Program-made: the position numbers and the translations under genes | Notes under the pieces: generated by a model | The model's input: only the letters and a program-made list of their open reading frames with translations | Database searches by the model: none | Told to the model about the DNA's origin: nothing | Shown: positions 19,913 to 28,548 of the stretch, piece after piece | Numbering within the stretch: position 1 is the stretch's first letter | Layout: every line of letters starts with the position of its first letter | Assembly (NCBI GenBank): GCA_963725865.1 | Contig: CAVSAC010000010.1 | Span: forward strand, 448,001-512,000 | Direction: 5' to 3' | Source: Candidatus Eiseniibacteriota bacterium | Lineage (GTDB): Bacteria > Eisenbacteria > RBG-16-71-46 | Length of the DNA: 64,000 bases

Positions 19913-20368
19913 CTACTGGTCGCCCGGCGGCCACAGCGAGGCCACCCGCCAGCGGATCTCGTCCCGCACGTCGCGGAACACGCGCTCGGCCTCCTGCGCG
20001 CTCGCGCGCGACGGGTCGGGCAGCGGCCAGTGCACCTTCCGCACCAGCGGGCCGACCGCGGGGCACACCTCGTCGCTCTCGCCGCACAGCGTGACGACGG
20101 TGTCCGCCTGATCCCAGGGCACCTGGTCGAGCGGCTTGGAGTGCTGACCGCCGAGGTCGATATCCACCTCGGCCATGACGTGGATCGCCATTGGATGCAC
20201 CTTCCCGGGCCGGGTGCCGGCGCTCCACACCTCGACGCCGACCGGTGCCATGGTGCGCGCGAAGCCTTCGGCCATCTGACTGCGGGCGGCGTTGTGGAGG
20301 CAGATGAACACCACGCGCTGCGGCGGCGCCGTGATGAAGGCGGGTGGGCGGACAGGCGACTCGGACAT
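19913..20368 (-). CDS. arsC: Arsenate reductase (LMW-PTP fold, thioredoxin-type)
   Basis: FICLHNAARSQMAEG (CX5R), TLCGESDEVCP and HWPLPDP. Confidence 0.85.
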   Translation of the reverse strand: MSESPVRPPAFITAPPQRVVFICLHNAARSQMAEGFARTMAPVGVEVWSAGTRPGKVHPMAIHVMAEVDIDLGGQHSKPLDQVPWDQADTVVTLCGESDEVCPAVGPLVRKVHWPLPDPSRASAQEAERVFRDVRDEIRWRVASLWPPGDQ

Positions 20369-20449
20369 CGAACCTCCGTGAGGGCCGGCGTGACGGCGCA
20401 CGACGCACTGTAGCGCATCGGCCCCCGCGCGCCGCAAGGCGCGACGCGA

Positions 20450-21259
20450 TCAGGCCAACACGCCCTGGCGGCGCAGCAGCTCCTGCATGAGCTTCGCGCT
20501 CCGCGCTGCCTGTCCGGCGTGGCAGTTGTTGAAGAACACGTAGGTCTGGCGCGACTGCCGCGCGAGCTCGGCGATGCGCGCGGTCCACTCGCCGAGTTCG
20601 CGCTCCGAGTAGTCGTAGTCGTAGCGGTCCCCCCCGCCGCGGCCCCACCAGTTGGCGGCGTTGCGGCCATGGAAGCGCACGTAGGAGGTGTCGGTGGTGC
20701 GCAGGGCGAGTGGAGGCATGAGGCCGGGCAGCGCGGGCTCGTCCACCGCGCAGTAGCCGATGCCGAGCCGGCCGAGCAGCTCGCCGAGCCCCGGGGCGGC
20801 CCACGAGTCGTGGCGGAACTCGGCGAACAGCGGGCCGTCCGGGAAGCGCTCGCGCAATGCCGCGAGGTGCGCCTCGTGCTCGCGCGTACGGCGGAACGCC
20901 CACGGGAACTGGGCCAGCAGCCCGTCGTACTTGCCGGCGGCCTGCAGGGGCGCGATCGCGGCGAGGAACTCGCGCACCTGCGACGCGTCGAGCGATCCCT
21001 CGTGCGTGAAGGACTGGTGGAGCTTCACCACGAACCGGAATCCGTCCGGGGTCTTGCGCTCCATCTGCTCGAGTACGCGCGGATGCGGGATGCGGTAATA
21101 GGTCGCGTTCACCTCGACCCCGTCGAAGTGCTCGGAGTAGTGGCGCAGGAAGTCGGCCGGCCGGGTCCCGGGCGGATAGAACGGTCCGACCCAGTCGGCG
21201 AACGAGTAGCCCGATGTGCCGATCAGCACGCCACCGGTCCCCACGGGCGCTGCCATCAT
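20450..21259 (-). CDS. DUF72 (YecE-like) family protein
   Basis: IGTSGYSF.DW.GPFYP, VEVNATYY, LAQFP, EFRH.SW, YVRFHGRN and FFNNC motifs. Confidence 0.92.
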   Translation of the reverse strand: MMAAPVGTGGVLIGTSGYSFADWVGPFYPPGTRPADFLRHYSEHFDGVEVNATYYRIPHPRVLEQMERKTPDGFRFVVKLHQSFTHEGSLDASQVREFLAAIAPLQAAGKYDGLLAQFPWAFRRTREHEAHLAALRERFPDGPLFAEFRHDSWAAPGLGELLGRLGIGYCAVDEPALPGLMPPLALRTTDTSYVRFHGRNAANWWGRGGGDRYDYDYSERELGEWTARIAELARQSRQTYVFFNNCHAGQAARSAKLMQELLRRQGVLA

Positions 21260-22512
21260 CCCTCCCGCTGAGATCCGCCGTGGGGCGGACGCGTCGCGGC
21301 GCGCCGCGCCTGTTCGCGGGCGGCTCCAAACGGCACGTGCCCGAGGGTATGCCGATGCGTGAGCGAGCCGGCCGGGACCACCGCGGACTCTCCGAGGCGG
21401 TCGCGCACGCGATCGAGGGCTTCGAGCAGGCGGCGCGCGCGATCGTCGGTCTCGAACAGCTCCGACTGGGGTGCGTCGGGACGCTGCACCAGGCCCGCCA
21501 CGCTCACACCGATGAGGCGCACCGGCGTGCCCCGCCAGTTGGAGTGCAGCAGCGCGCGCGCGACCTCGAACACGCGAGCGCCGTCGTCGGTCACCGGAGT
21601 CAGCACCCGCTGCCGGGTGATGGTGCGGAACCGATGATCGCGCAGCTTGAGCGCCACCGTGGCGCCCAGGAACCCCTCGCCCCGCAGACGGCGCGCGACC
21701 TGATCCGAGAGTCGCAACAGCGTCCCTTCGAGGAACGCGGGGTCGTCGCAATCCTCGGGCAGCGTGACTTCGTGCCCCATCGACTTGGGATCGACTCCCT
21801 CGTGGTACGGCACCAGCGGCGTCGCGTCGTTTCCGTGCGCCGCCTCGCGCAGGTGCTCGCCCACCACGCCGAACTCCGAACGCAGGATCGGCAGTGGAGC
21901 GCGCGCCAGATCCCCGATGGTCGAGATCCCGAGCACGCGCAAGCGCTCCGCGAGCCGCGGCCCGACCCCCCACAGCTCCTGCACGTCCAACGGCCAGAAT
22001 CGGGTGCGGAACGCGGGAGCGTCGAGCACCGTGAGTCCGCGCGGCTTGGAGACTCCGGAGGCCATCTTGGCGATCAGCTTGTTGGGGCCCACGCCGATCG
22101 AGGCCGACAGCTGGAAGCGCGCCGTGATCTCGTCCTGGAGCACGCGCGCCAGCAGTTCCCCCTCGAGGAGGGAGTCGCGGCTGCCCGCCAGGCCCACGAA
22201 CGCCTCGTCGACGCTGAACGGCTCCACGTCGGGGGTGTGCTCGAGATAGAGCTCGAGCAAGCGCAGCGAGATCTCGACGTACTTCGAGGGATCGCCCTCG
22301 ACGCATTCCGCCTGGGGGCAGAGGCGCCGCGCCTCGGCGAGCGGCATGCCGGCGTGCACGCCGAACGGACGCGCCTCGTACGACGCCGCGGTGACGACGC
22401 CGCGCCGCTGAGGGTCGCCGCACACGATCACCGGCAGGCCGCGCAGGTGCGGATGGTGCGCCTGCTCGACCGATGCGAAGAAGGCATCCATGTCCACCAG
22501 CAGCAGGGTCAC
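21256..22512 (-). CDS. dinB: Y-family DNA polymerase IV
   Basis: VDMDAFFASVEQ, ASYEAR.FGV, SVDEAF, NKLIAKMAS and KP.G motifs. Confidence 0.95.
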   Translation of the reverse strand: MTLLLVDMDAFFASVEQAHHPHLRGLPVIVCGDPQRRGVVTAASYEARPFGVHAGMPLAEARRLCPQAECVEGDPSKYVEISLRLLELYLEHTPDVEPFSVDEAFVGLAGSRDSLLEGELLARVLQDEITARFQLSASIGVGPNKLIAKMASGVSKPRGLTVLDAPAFRTRFWPLDVQELWGVGPRLAERLRVLGISTIGDLARAPLPILRSEFGVVGEHLREAAHGNDATPLVPYHEGVDPKSMGHEVTLPEDCDDPAFLEGTLLRLSDQVARRLRGEGFLGATVALKLRDHRFRTITRQRVLTPVTDDGARVFEVARALLHSNWRGTPVRLIGVSVAGLVQRPDAPQSELFETDDRARRLLEALDRVRDRLGESAVVPAGSLTHRHTLGHVPFGAAREQARRAATRPPHGGSQREG

Positions 22513-22513
22513 G

Positions 22514-22774
22514 TCAGCCTCCGTCGCCTCCGCACCACACCCGGGTGAGGGTCCAGCTCGGACCGCGCGGGTCGTAGCACAGCTCGTAGCTCTCCTCCGC
22601 CGGACCGTCGACCGAGAAGCAGCGCAGCAAGGTCTGCCCATCGCGCCGCGTCCAGTGGCCGTTGACGCGCCGGATCGCCACGACGCTTCCCCGCCGGCGG
22701 AACCTGAGCGGGCGCATGGATCCATCGACGAACGCGGTCAGCACGTCGACCGGCTCGTGCAGGCTCTCGAACAT
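22514..22774 (-). CDS. Small (86 aa) dinB-associated protein, DUF6504-like
   Basis: MFESLHEPVDV...PLRFRRRG...V.GHW...FSV...YEL.YD...W.L; stop lies 1 nt before the dinB start. Confidence 0.65.
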   Translation of the reverse strand: MFESLHEPVDVLTAFVDGSMRPLRFRRRGSVVAIRRVNGHWTRRDGQTLLRCFSVDGPAEESYELCYDPRGPSWTLTRVWCGGDGG

Positions 22775-22795
22775 GTCGTGATCGGCACCGCAGAC

Positions 22796-22824
22796 ACCGT
22801 ACTGCACATTCGTGCATCTCACAA
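22796..22824 (-). promoter_or_regulatory. Sigma70-type promoter with a putative LexA (SOS) box in the spacer
   Basis: Minus strand TTGTGA-N17-TACGGT; inverted repeat TGCAC-ATTC-GTGCA at 22803-22816. Confidence 0.7.
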
Positions 22825-22921
22825 GAGCGAAACCACGGGCCGCCGTGCTCACGCGTGCGATCAGCGGGATCGATGCCGCGGCGCGACGAAAGGATCGAGG
22901 AGCGTCTCCTGGCGCAACGCG

Positions 22922-22950
22922 CGGGGGCGGGCGCAACGCGCCCGCCCCCG
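22922..22950. terminator. Strong hairpin downstream of the NHL-repeat gene
   Basis: CGGGGGCGGGCGC-AAC-GCGCCCGCCCCCG, 13-bp perfect stem. Confidence 0.55.
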
Positions 22951-22974
22951 GTGCACTTCCATTCGACCGTCAGA

Positions 22975-23943
22975 TCAACGATAGAGCGACTTCACACGCC
23001 CCCACGTCATCGTCTCGGTCGGCGTGACCGGGTCGCCGAACTTCTCGACGCGGCTGTTGTTCCGGTCCGCCACGAAGATGTGACCGAACGTGTCCGTGGT
23101 GACCCCCAGCGGGATGTTGAATTCGTCGTCGTTGAGGCCGGGGACGCCCCACTTGACCAGGAACGTGCCCGCACTCGAGAACTCCTGGATGCGATTGTTG
23201 GACTGATCGCAGACATAGATGTTCCCGCCATTGTCCACGTGCGGAGCACCCGGGTTCTGAAACTGCCCGTCGCCCGTTCCGGCGGAGCCGAACGCGAACA
23301 GGAACGCCCCCGTCGGGGAGAAGACCTGGATCCGGTTGTTGACCATGTCCGCCACGACCACGTTGCCCGAGGTCGGGTCCACCGCGACGCCGTACGGGAA
23401 CCGGAACTGCCCGGGGCCCGACCCGACAGTGCCCCACTTCATGATGAACGTGCCGTCGTTCGCGAACTTCTGCACCCGGTGATTGAAGTAGTCGGTGACG
23501 TAGACGTCGCCCGTGGTCTGATCGACCGCCACTCCGGTCGCCTTGCGGAAGAGGCCGTTGCCCGTCCCGGTGCCGCCGAACGCGTTGAACGCGATTCCAT
23601 CGGGACCCAGGACGTAGACCGCGTCGTCCACGCCGTCGGCGACGAAGACGTTGCCCGCAGCGTCGCAGGACAGCGCGGTCGGCTGGGTGATGTCGCCGTC
23701 CCCGCCGGACATGATGAACGCACCATTGGTGGAGAACTGCTGAATGCGGGCGCCGCCGAAGTCACCGACCCAGAGCTCACCGGTCGGCGCGCGGGTGATC
23801 CCCTGCGCGAACTGGAACTGCCCGTCCGCGGCCCCCAGCGACCCCCAGGTGGAAATGAAGATCGGCGGTGTCACGGCACTGGCCAACGAAGCGATCATCA
23901 ATGCGACTGCGGTCGCAATTCCAATTCGAGTGACCTTTTTCAT
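22975..23943 (-). CDS. Secreted NHL-repeat (6-bladed beta-propeller) protein with TWGRVKSLYR tail
   Basis: Signal peptide; repeated G.G.GQF..P.GVAVD...V.V.D..N.RIQ.F units. Confidence 0.92.
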   Translation of the reverse strand: MKKVTRIGIATAVALMIASLASAVTPPIFISTWGSLGAADGQFQFAQGITRAPTGELWVGDFGGARIQQFSTNGAFIMSGGDGDITQPTALSCDAAGNVFVADGVDDAVYVLGPDGIAFNAFGGTGTGNGLFRKATGVAVDQTTGDVYVTDYFNHRVQKFANDGTFIMKWGTVGSGPGQFRFPYGVAVDPTSGNVVVADMVNNRIQVFSPTGAFLFAFGSAGTGDGQFQNPGAPHVDNGGNIYVCDQSNNRIQEFSSAGTFLVKWGVPGLNDDEFNIPLGVTTDTFGHIFVADRNNSRVEKFGDPVTPTETMTWGRVKSLYR

Positions 23944-24233
23944 GTCCTCGCCCTTTCCTGGATGTGAGCCCGACGGAGTCGCGTCGGACCAATGGCTGTG
24001 TTTGAGGAGCGGAGACTCGTCGGGACACGCTGATGTCCGATCCACCCTCCTTGCGTCATCCCGGCATGCGGCCGACAGCGGACGACGCTTCACCTCGGAG
24101 CGAATTCCCGGGATCGACGGGGGGCGCCAGTGTCCTGGCGCGAACGATACGGGTCTATCGGCTGGGGGGAGGTGACCTCATGTGCACCCTGCCGTGACGC
24201 TGTACGCTCCGAGAGAGTCACGACAACAACCAA

Positions 24234-24262
24234 ACCGTAGGCCTTCCGCCTGCACAGGTCAA
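24234..24262 (-). promoter_or_regulatory. Sigma70-type promoter for the NHL gene (leader of about 285 nt)
   Basis: Minus strand TTGACC-N17-TACGGT. Confidence 0.55.
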
Positions 24263-24408
24263 CCGGCTTTCGACCGGCTCGTGCGCGAAGCGCACGTGTG
24301 CGGCTCGTTCCTCGACCGGCGCGGCATCCCGCGACGCTCGCCGGGCGCGACCGAGCGGGGAGCGCCCGGCGGCCGTCGCATCACGCGACGGCCGCCCAGC
24401 GCGACCGG

Positions 24409-26688
24409 TCAAGCCGCGGTGCGGCGCAGATCCAGGATGCGCCGCGTCATCGCCAGCAGGGCGCTGGCCACCATCAGGATCGCGCCCACCCACACGAAGT
24501 TGATGAGCGGCTTGGTACTCACCTCGACCGCCAGGATGCCACCCGGCGGCGCACCGGAGGAGACCCCCGGCAGCACGAGCGCCACTCGTCCACCCTCGTT
24601 GGGGTCGACGGCGGCGATCATGATCTGTCCGCCACCCGGCATGTAGTCGGCCGTCTGGCGCGGCTGTCCCGTGGCCATGTCCATCTCGTAGGTCGGCTTG
24701 AGCGGAACCGTGCGTCCGCTCAGCTCGGCCGTCACGCGCGCCACCAGACGCACCTTGCCATCGCCCATCTCGCGGTCGAAGTCCTCGAACGTGTACTTCA
24801 CCTGTCCGAGCTGCCGCGTCTCGCCCTTGCGGAACCAGGTGGCATTCGACGCGGGATCGTTGCCGACCAGGTCGAGCGGCGAGATGTACACGTCGTGCGA
24901 GAAGTAGCGCTCGATGTGCGGCTTCTTCATATAGCCCTGGTTGAACTCGCTCCAGTACATCGAGGGGCGCGCGCTGAACTTCGTGCGCTGGTCCTGGGTC
25001 GTCACCGCGATGACGGCGTGGTCCTTGCCGTCGGCGGCCTTGTCCATGCCCTTGAACGTCATCCAATAGCCGAGCGCCGCCCGCGGCTGGCCCTGCGGGA
25101 GCTGCACCTGCACGGCGTCGCCGTAGTTGGAGGACGCCACGACGCCGAGCAGCAGGACCGACGCGCCGGCGTGCGACAGGAAGGCGACCCCGTGCTTCCA
25201 GCCGGCACGGAACCCCTTCGTCGTGACCACGGCGTTCGACGCCAGTGCGAACGCCGCCGCGAACACCATCCCGGCCGGCAGGACGTCCCGGACACCGAGG
25301 ACGAAGCCCGTGATCACGGCCGCCAGCGCGATCAGCAGCGACGGGAGCACCGACCGCATCAGCGCGTTGGTCTCCTGCTGGCGCCAGCGCATGAGCGGCG
25401 CGATGCCGAGCAACAGGCACATCGCGATCCCGAGGGGCGCATTCACGAGGTTGTAGTAGGTGGTCTGAACGTTCGACGGCGGACCAAACAGCCGGGTGAT
25501 GAGCGGCGCGCTCATGCCCACCGCGGTCAGGGTGCACATCAGCATGAACGTGAGCTGGCCGAGCCACATCATCGACTCGCGCGAGAAGTTTCCGAGCGGC
25601 TGTGTGGGCTTCGGGATGTCGCGCAGACGCCAGAGCAGCGTGCCGTAGCCGACGACGATCGCCAGGAACAGGAACGACAGCAGGAATCCGTTCAGGCCGA
25701 GGTTCACGAACGAGTGCACCGAGAAGTCGGCGAGCACGCCGCTGCGGGTGAGGAACGACGCGTACAGCACCAGCACGTAGGACGTCACCGCGAGGAAGAA
25801 GTTCGTGCGCCGCAGGCTCCCGGTCACGCGCTGGACCAGCAGCCCGTGCAGCAGGGCGATGTTGGAGAGCCACGGGATGAGCGACCCGTTCTCGACCGGG
25901 TCCCAGCCCCAGTAGCCGCCCCACCCCAGCACCTTGTACGCCCACACGCCGCCCATGATGAAGCCGCACGAGAGGATCGCGGTCGAGAACACCACCCAGG
26001 GCATCACCGGCTTGAGCCAGCCGTCGTAGTCCCGCTTCACGAGACCCGCCATCGCGAGCGAGAACGGCAGCGCGAGCGACGAGAAGCCCGTGAACAGGAC
26101 CGGTGGATGGATGGTCATCCAGGGATCCTGCAGCAGCGGATTGAGCCCGTTGCCGTCCACCGGGATCTGGCCGGCCGCGAACGTGAGGAATGGCCCGCGC
26201 ATCACGCCCACGAGACCCAGCATCACGAGCGGCAGGTTCAGGAAGAACATCGCCGGGGTCGTGAGCGGGCTCCGGGTCCGCATGAGGAACAGCCCCAGCG
26301 TGGTCGTGATCAGCGCCCACAGCATGAACGTCCCCTCCTGCCCGCCCCAGAACGCCGCGTACACGTAGTGCGGCGGCATCGAGAGCGAGGAGTAGGACGC
26401 GACGTACTGGAAGCGGAACTGGTGGGTGAAGAGGATGTGCCAGAGGTAGACCGCCCCCGCCACGAGCGCCACCCACTGGATCCGGTACGCGACCCGCGCG
26501 GGGACCAGCGCCGACTGGCGACCCAGCGTCGCGGCGAGGTACGACAACGCCGCGACGACGCCGGCGAGGAATGCGATCCAGAGGAACGTCTGCCCGGTGT
26601 TGAGCAGGCCCGCCGCGCCGAGCGCGGCGGGGATCAGGAGGATGGGGAGTGCGGCGGCCAGGCCGAGCGTGACGGGCCGCCCCGTCAC
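24409..26688 (-). CDS. ccmF: Cytochrome c heme lyase CcmF
   Basis: WGGQEGT, GLNPLLQ, IHPP, WAY.VLGWGGYWGWDPVEN and LTRSGVL.DFSVHSF motifs; GTGA overlap with ccmE. Confidence 0.95.
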   Translation of the reverse strand: MTGRPVTLGLAAALPILLIPAALGAAGLLNTGQTFLWIAFLAGVVAALSYLAATLGRQSALVPARVAYRIQWVALVAGAVYLWHILFTHQFRFQYVASYSSLSMPPHYVYAAFWGGQEGTFMLWALITTTLGLFLMRTRSPLTTPAMFFLNLPLVMLGLVGVMRGPFLTFAAGQIPVDGNGLNPLLQDPWMTIHPPVLFTGFSSLALPFSLAMAGLVKRDYDGWLKPVMPWVVFSTAILSCGFIMGGVWAYKVLGWGGYWGWDPVENGSLIPWLSNIALLHGLLVQRVTGSLRRTNFFLAVTSYVLVLYASFLTRSGVLADFSVHSFVNLGLNGFLLSFLFLAIVVGYGTLLWRLRDIPKPTQPLGNFSRESMMWLGQLTFMLMCTLTAVGMSAPLITRLFGPPSNVQTTYYNLVNAPLGIAMCLLLGIAPLMRWRQQETNALMRSVLPSLLIALAAVITGFVLGVRDVLPAGMVFAAAFALASNAVVTTKGFRAGWKHGVAFLSHAGASVLLLGVVASSNYGDAVQVQLPQGQPRAALGYWMTFKGMDKAADGKDHAVIAVTTQDQRTKFSARPSMYWSEFNQGYMKKPHIERYFSHDVYISPLDLVGNDPASNATWFRKGETRQLGQVKYTFEDFDREMGDGKVRLVARVTAELSGRTVPLKPTYEMDMATGQPRQTADYMPGGGQIMIAAVDPNEGGRVALVLPGVSSGAPPGGILAVEVSTKPLINFVWVGAILMVASALLAMTRRILDLRRTAA

Positions 26689-27068
26689 GAGGTCTTTCCC
26701 TGCTCGGCCATCGCCTGGTACTTGGACGGGCACTTCACCAGCAGCTGGTCGGCCTCGAAGTGGTCGGCCTTGTACCGTCCGATCGCGACGATCGAGGTCG
26801 CCTGATCGAAGTTACCCGGTACCACGCCGCGATACACCACCTTGAGCACCTCCGAATTCGAGTCCTTGAGATTGAACTCGAGGAATTGCTCGTCCTTCTT
26901 CAGGACGTAGTTCTTGTCCGCCAGCGTTCCGTTGACCTGCACCATCCCCGAGGAGCGCCGGGCCTCCGCGAACGAAATGTAGGGAGTCACCGATTTCTTG
27001 AAGCTGGTCACGCCGATGGTCACGGCCACGACCAGCAACGCGAGCGCCACGATCGCCTTGGGATTCAT
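26685..27068 (-). CDS. ccmE: Heme chaperone CcmE (CxxxY variant)
   Basis: N-terminal TM anchor; LLVKCPSKY. Confidence 0.93.
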   Translation of the reverse strand: MNPKAIVALALLVVAVTIGVTSFKKSVTPYISFAEARRSSGMVQVNGTLADKNYVLKKDEQFLEFNLKDSNSEVLKVVYRGVVPGNFDQATSIVAIGRYKADHFEADQLLVKCPSKYQAMAEQGKTS

Positions 27069-27187
27069 CGTCTCTCCAACTCTTTGATGCGCCGCTCGAG
27101 GCGCAGCACGTAGAAGAACAGCAGACCCCATACCAGCAGGGCCACGAGCAGTACCGCAGTATCGTCAGGTCCGAGCGGGAACTTCAG
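27065..27187 (-). CDS. ccmD: CcmD family protein (40 aa, apparent CTG start; absent from the ORF track)
   Basis: AAGGAGG-N5-CTG, then KFPLGPDDTAVLLVALLVWGLLFFYVLRLERRIKELERR*; ATGA overlap with ccmE. Confidence 0.8.
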   Translation of the reverse strand: MKFPLGPDDTAVLLVALLVWGLLFFYVLRLERRIKELERR

Positions 27188-27206
27188 GGCAACCTCCTTC
27201 CGGCCG

Positions 27207-27863
27207 TCAGGCCGTCGCGGCCGCTTCCAGGCGCTCGCGCTCGATGCGTCCGAGTCGTACTCGCAGCGAGAGCAGCCAGAAGAACAGGGCGGTGAAGCCG
27301 ATCAGCATCATCGAGAACGCGATGCTGATGCGCTTGTCCATGTCCACCTTCCCCGAGCTGTTGATGATGGGGTCCGGGTGGAGGGTGGCCAGCATGCGCG
27401 GTACCACGAAGATGAGGAACGGCACCGACACGAACGCCACCGCGGAGTAGACCGCCGACAGTCGGGCCCGCTTGCGCTCGTCGTCGATCGCGCTGCGCAA
27501 GGCCAGGTAGGCTCCATAGATCAGGAGCAGGAAGAAGATCGAGGTCTCCCGAGGGTCCCAGTTCCAGTACGCCCCCCACTTGGCCTTGGCCCAGATCGCC
27601 CCGCTGACGGTCGCCCCGACGCAGAACAGCAGTCCCAGCTCCGCGGCCCCGGCGGCGTGGTCGTCGTGATGCATCCGGTTGGTACGCAGGTAGGCGATGC
27701 TGTGCCCCATCGACCAGGCCAGCGCCACCACCGTGATCCACGCACAGGGAATGTGCAGGTAGAGCACGCGGGTGGTGTTCCCGAGCACCGGCACGACCGG
27801 AGCCAGGAACGCGGCGATCAGCCAGCCGGCGATCCACAGGAACAGCACGAGCCGCAGGATCAA
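27207..27863 (-). CDS. ccmC: Heme exporter protein CcmC
   Basis: YLHIPCAW, GAIWAKAKWGAYWNWDPRET (WWD domain) and TLHP; AGGAGG followed by TTG start. Confidence 0.93.
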   Translation of the reverse strand: MILRLVLFLWIAGWLIAAFLAPVVPVLGNTTRVLYLHIPCAWITVVALAWSMGHSIAYLRTNRMHHDDHAAGAAELGLLFCVGATVSGAIWAKAKWGAYWNWDPRETSIFFLLLIYGAYLALRSAIDDERKRARLSAVYSAVAFVSVPFLIFVVPRMLATLHPDPIINSSGKVDMDKRISIAFSMMLIGFTALFFWLLSLRVRLGRIERERLEAAATA

Positions 27864-27873
27864 GGGGGTCCTC

Positions 27874-28548
27874 CTAGTCGTCCCAGAGATGATCGTAGAG
27901 TAGCAGGCTGGCGGCCAGGAGTGCGACCGCATACGCGGCCAGCAGCCGCGCCTCCCCGTCGGCCGACCCACCCGCCCATTGCGCCTTGGTGCCGCTCACC
28001 GCGGCGGCCAGCACCGGCAGCAGGATCGGGAACGACGCGCCCGCGAACAGCGCCCCGCGCCCGCGCGTCTGCGCGATGATGCCGGCCACCAGCGTCGCGG
28101 CCGTCGCGAGCGCCAGACTCCCGAGCGCCATCAGCCCGAGGAACGTCCCCCAGTGCGGCGGCGGCGCGCCCATCAGCATCATGTAGAGCGGCACGGTCAC
28201 CAGCTCGATCACGCCCAGAAACAGGATGTTGAACATCAGTTTGCCCAGGGCGATCGCGGTCGGGGACGCCACCAGACGCAGCATCGTGTCCGTTCGCCCC
28301 TCGACCTCGCGCACGAACGCGTGGCTGAGCGACGAGAGCGCCGCGAACAGCAGCACCACCCACAGCAGCGCCGACAGCAGGTCGGTCCGGTCGGTCAGCC
28401 GGCCGACGGTGAAGCTCACCGCCGTCAGGGTCGTGACCGCGAACAGCAGGGCGGCGTTGAGTCCGTAGCGCGTGCGCCATTCGCTCCGGCACTCCTTACG
28501 CAGGATCGCCCAGACCGCGCCCGACGAGTTCGATGCGGCGTCCGGCAA
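27874..28548 (-). CDS. ccmB: Heme exporter protein CcmB
   Basis: RKECRSEWR, ALLW, F.RE...T...L and FPILLP motifs. Confidence 0.92.
   Translation of the reverse strand: MPDAASNSSGAVWAILRKECRSEWRTRYGLNAALLFAVTTLTAVSFTVGRLTDRTDLLSALLWVVLLFAALSSLSHAFVREVEGRTDTMLRLVASPTAIALGKLMFNILFLGVIELVTVPLYMMLMGAPPPHWGTFLGLMALGSLALATAATLVAGIIAQTRGRGALFAGASFPILLPVLAAAVSGTKAQWAGGSADGEARLLAAYAVALLAASLLLYDHLWDD

Noticed and set aside
19913..20368. Arsenic resistance operon around arsC
   Set aside because: No arsR, arsB or acr3 is nearby; arsC is a solitary gene with its own TACAGT -10-like element.
22975..24260. Lower-GC NHL region as a horizontally acquired island
   Set aside because: No mobility genes or flanking repeats; the lower GC is explained by Asn/Phe/Thr-rich protein composition and intergenic sequence.
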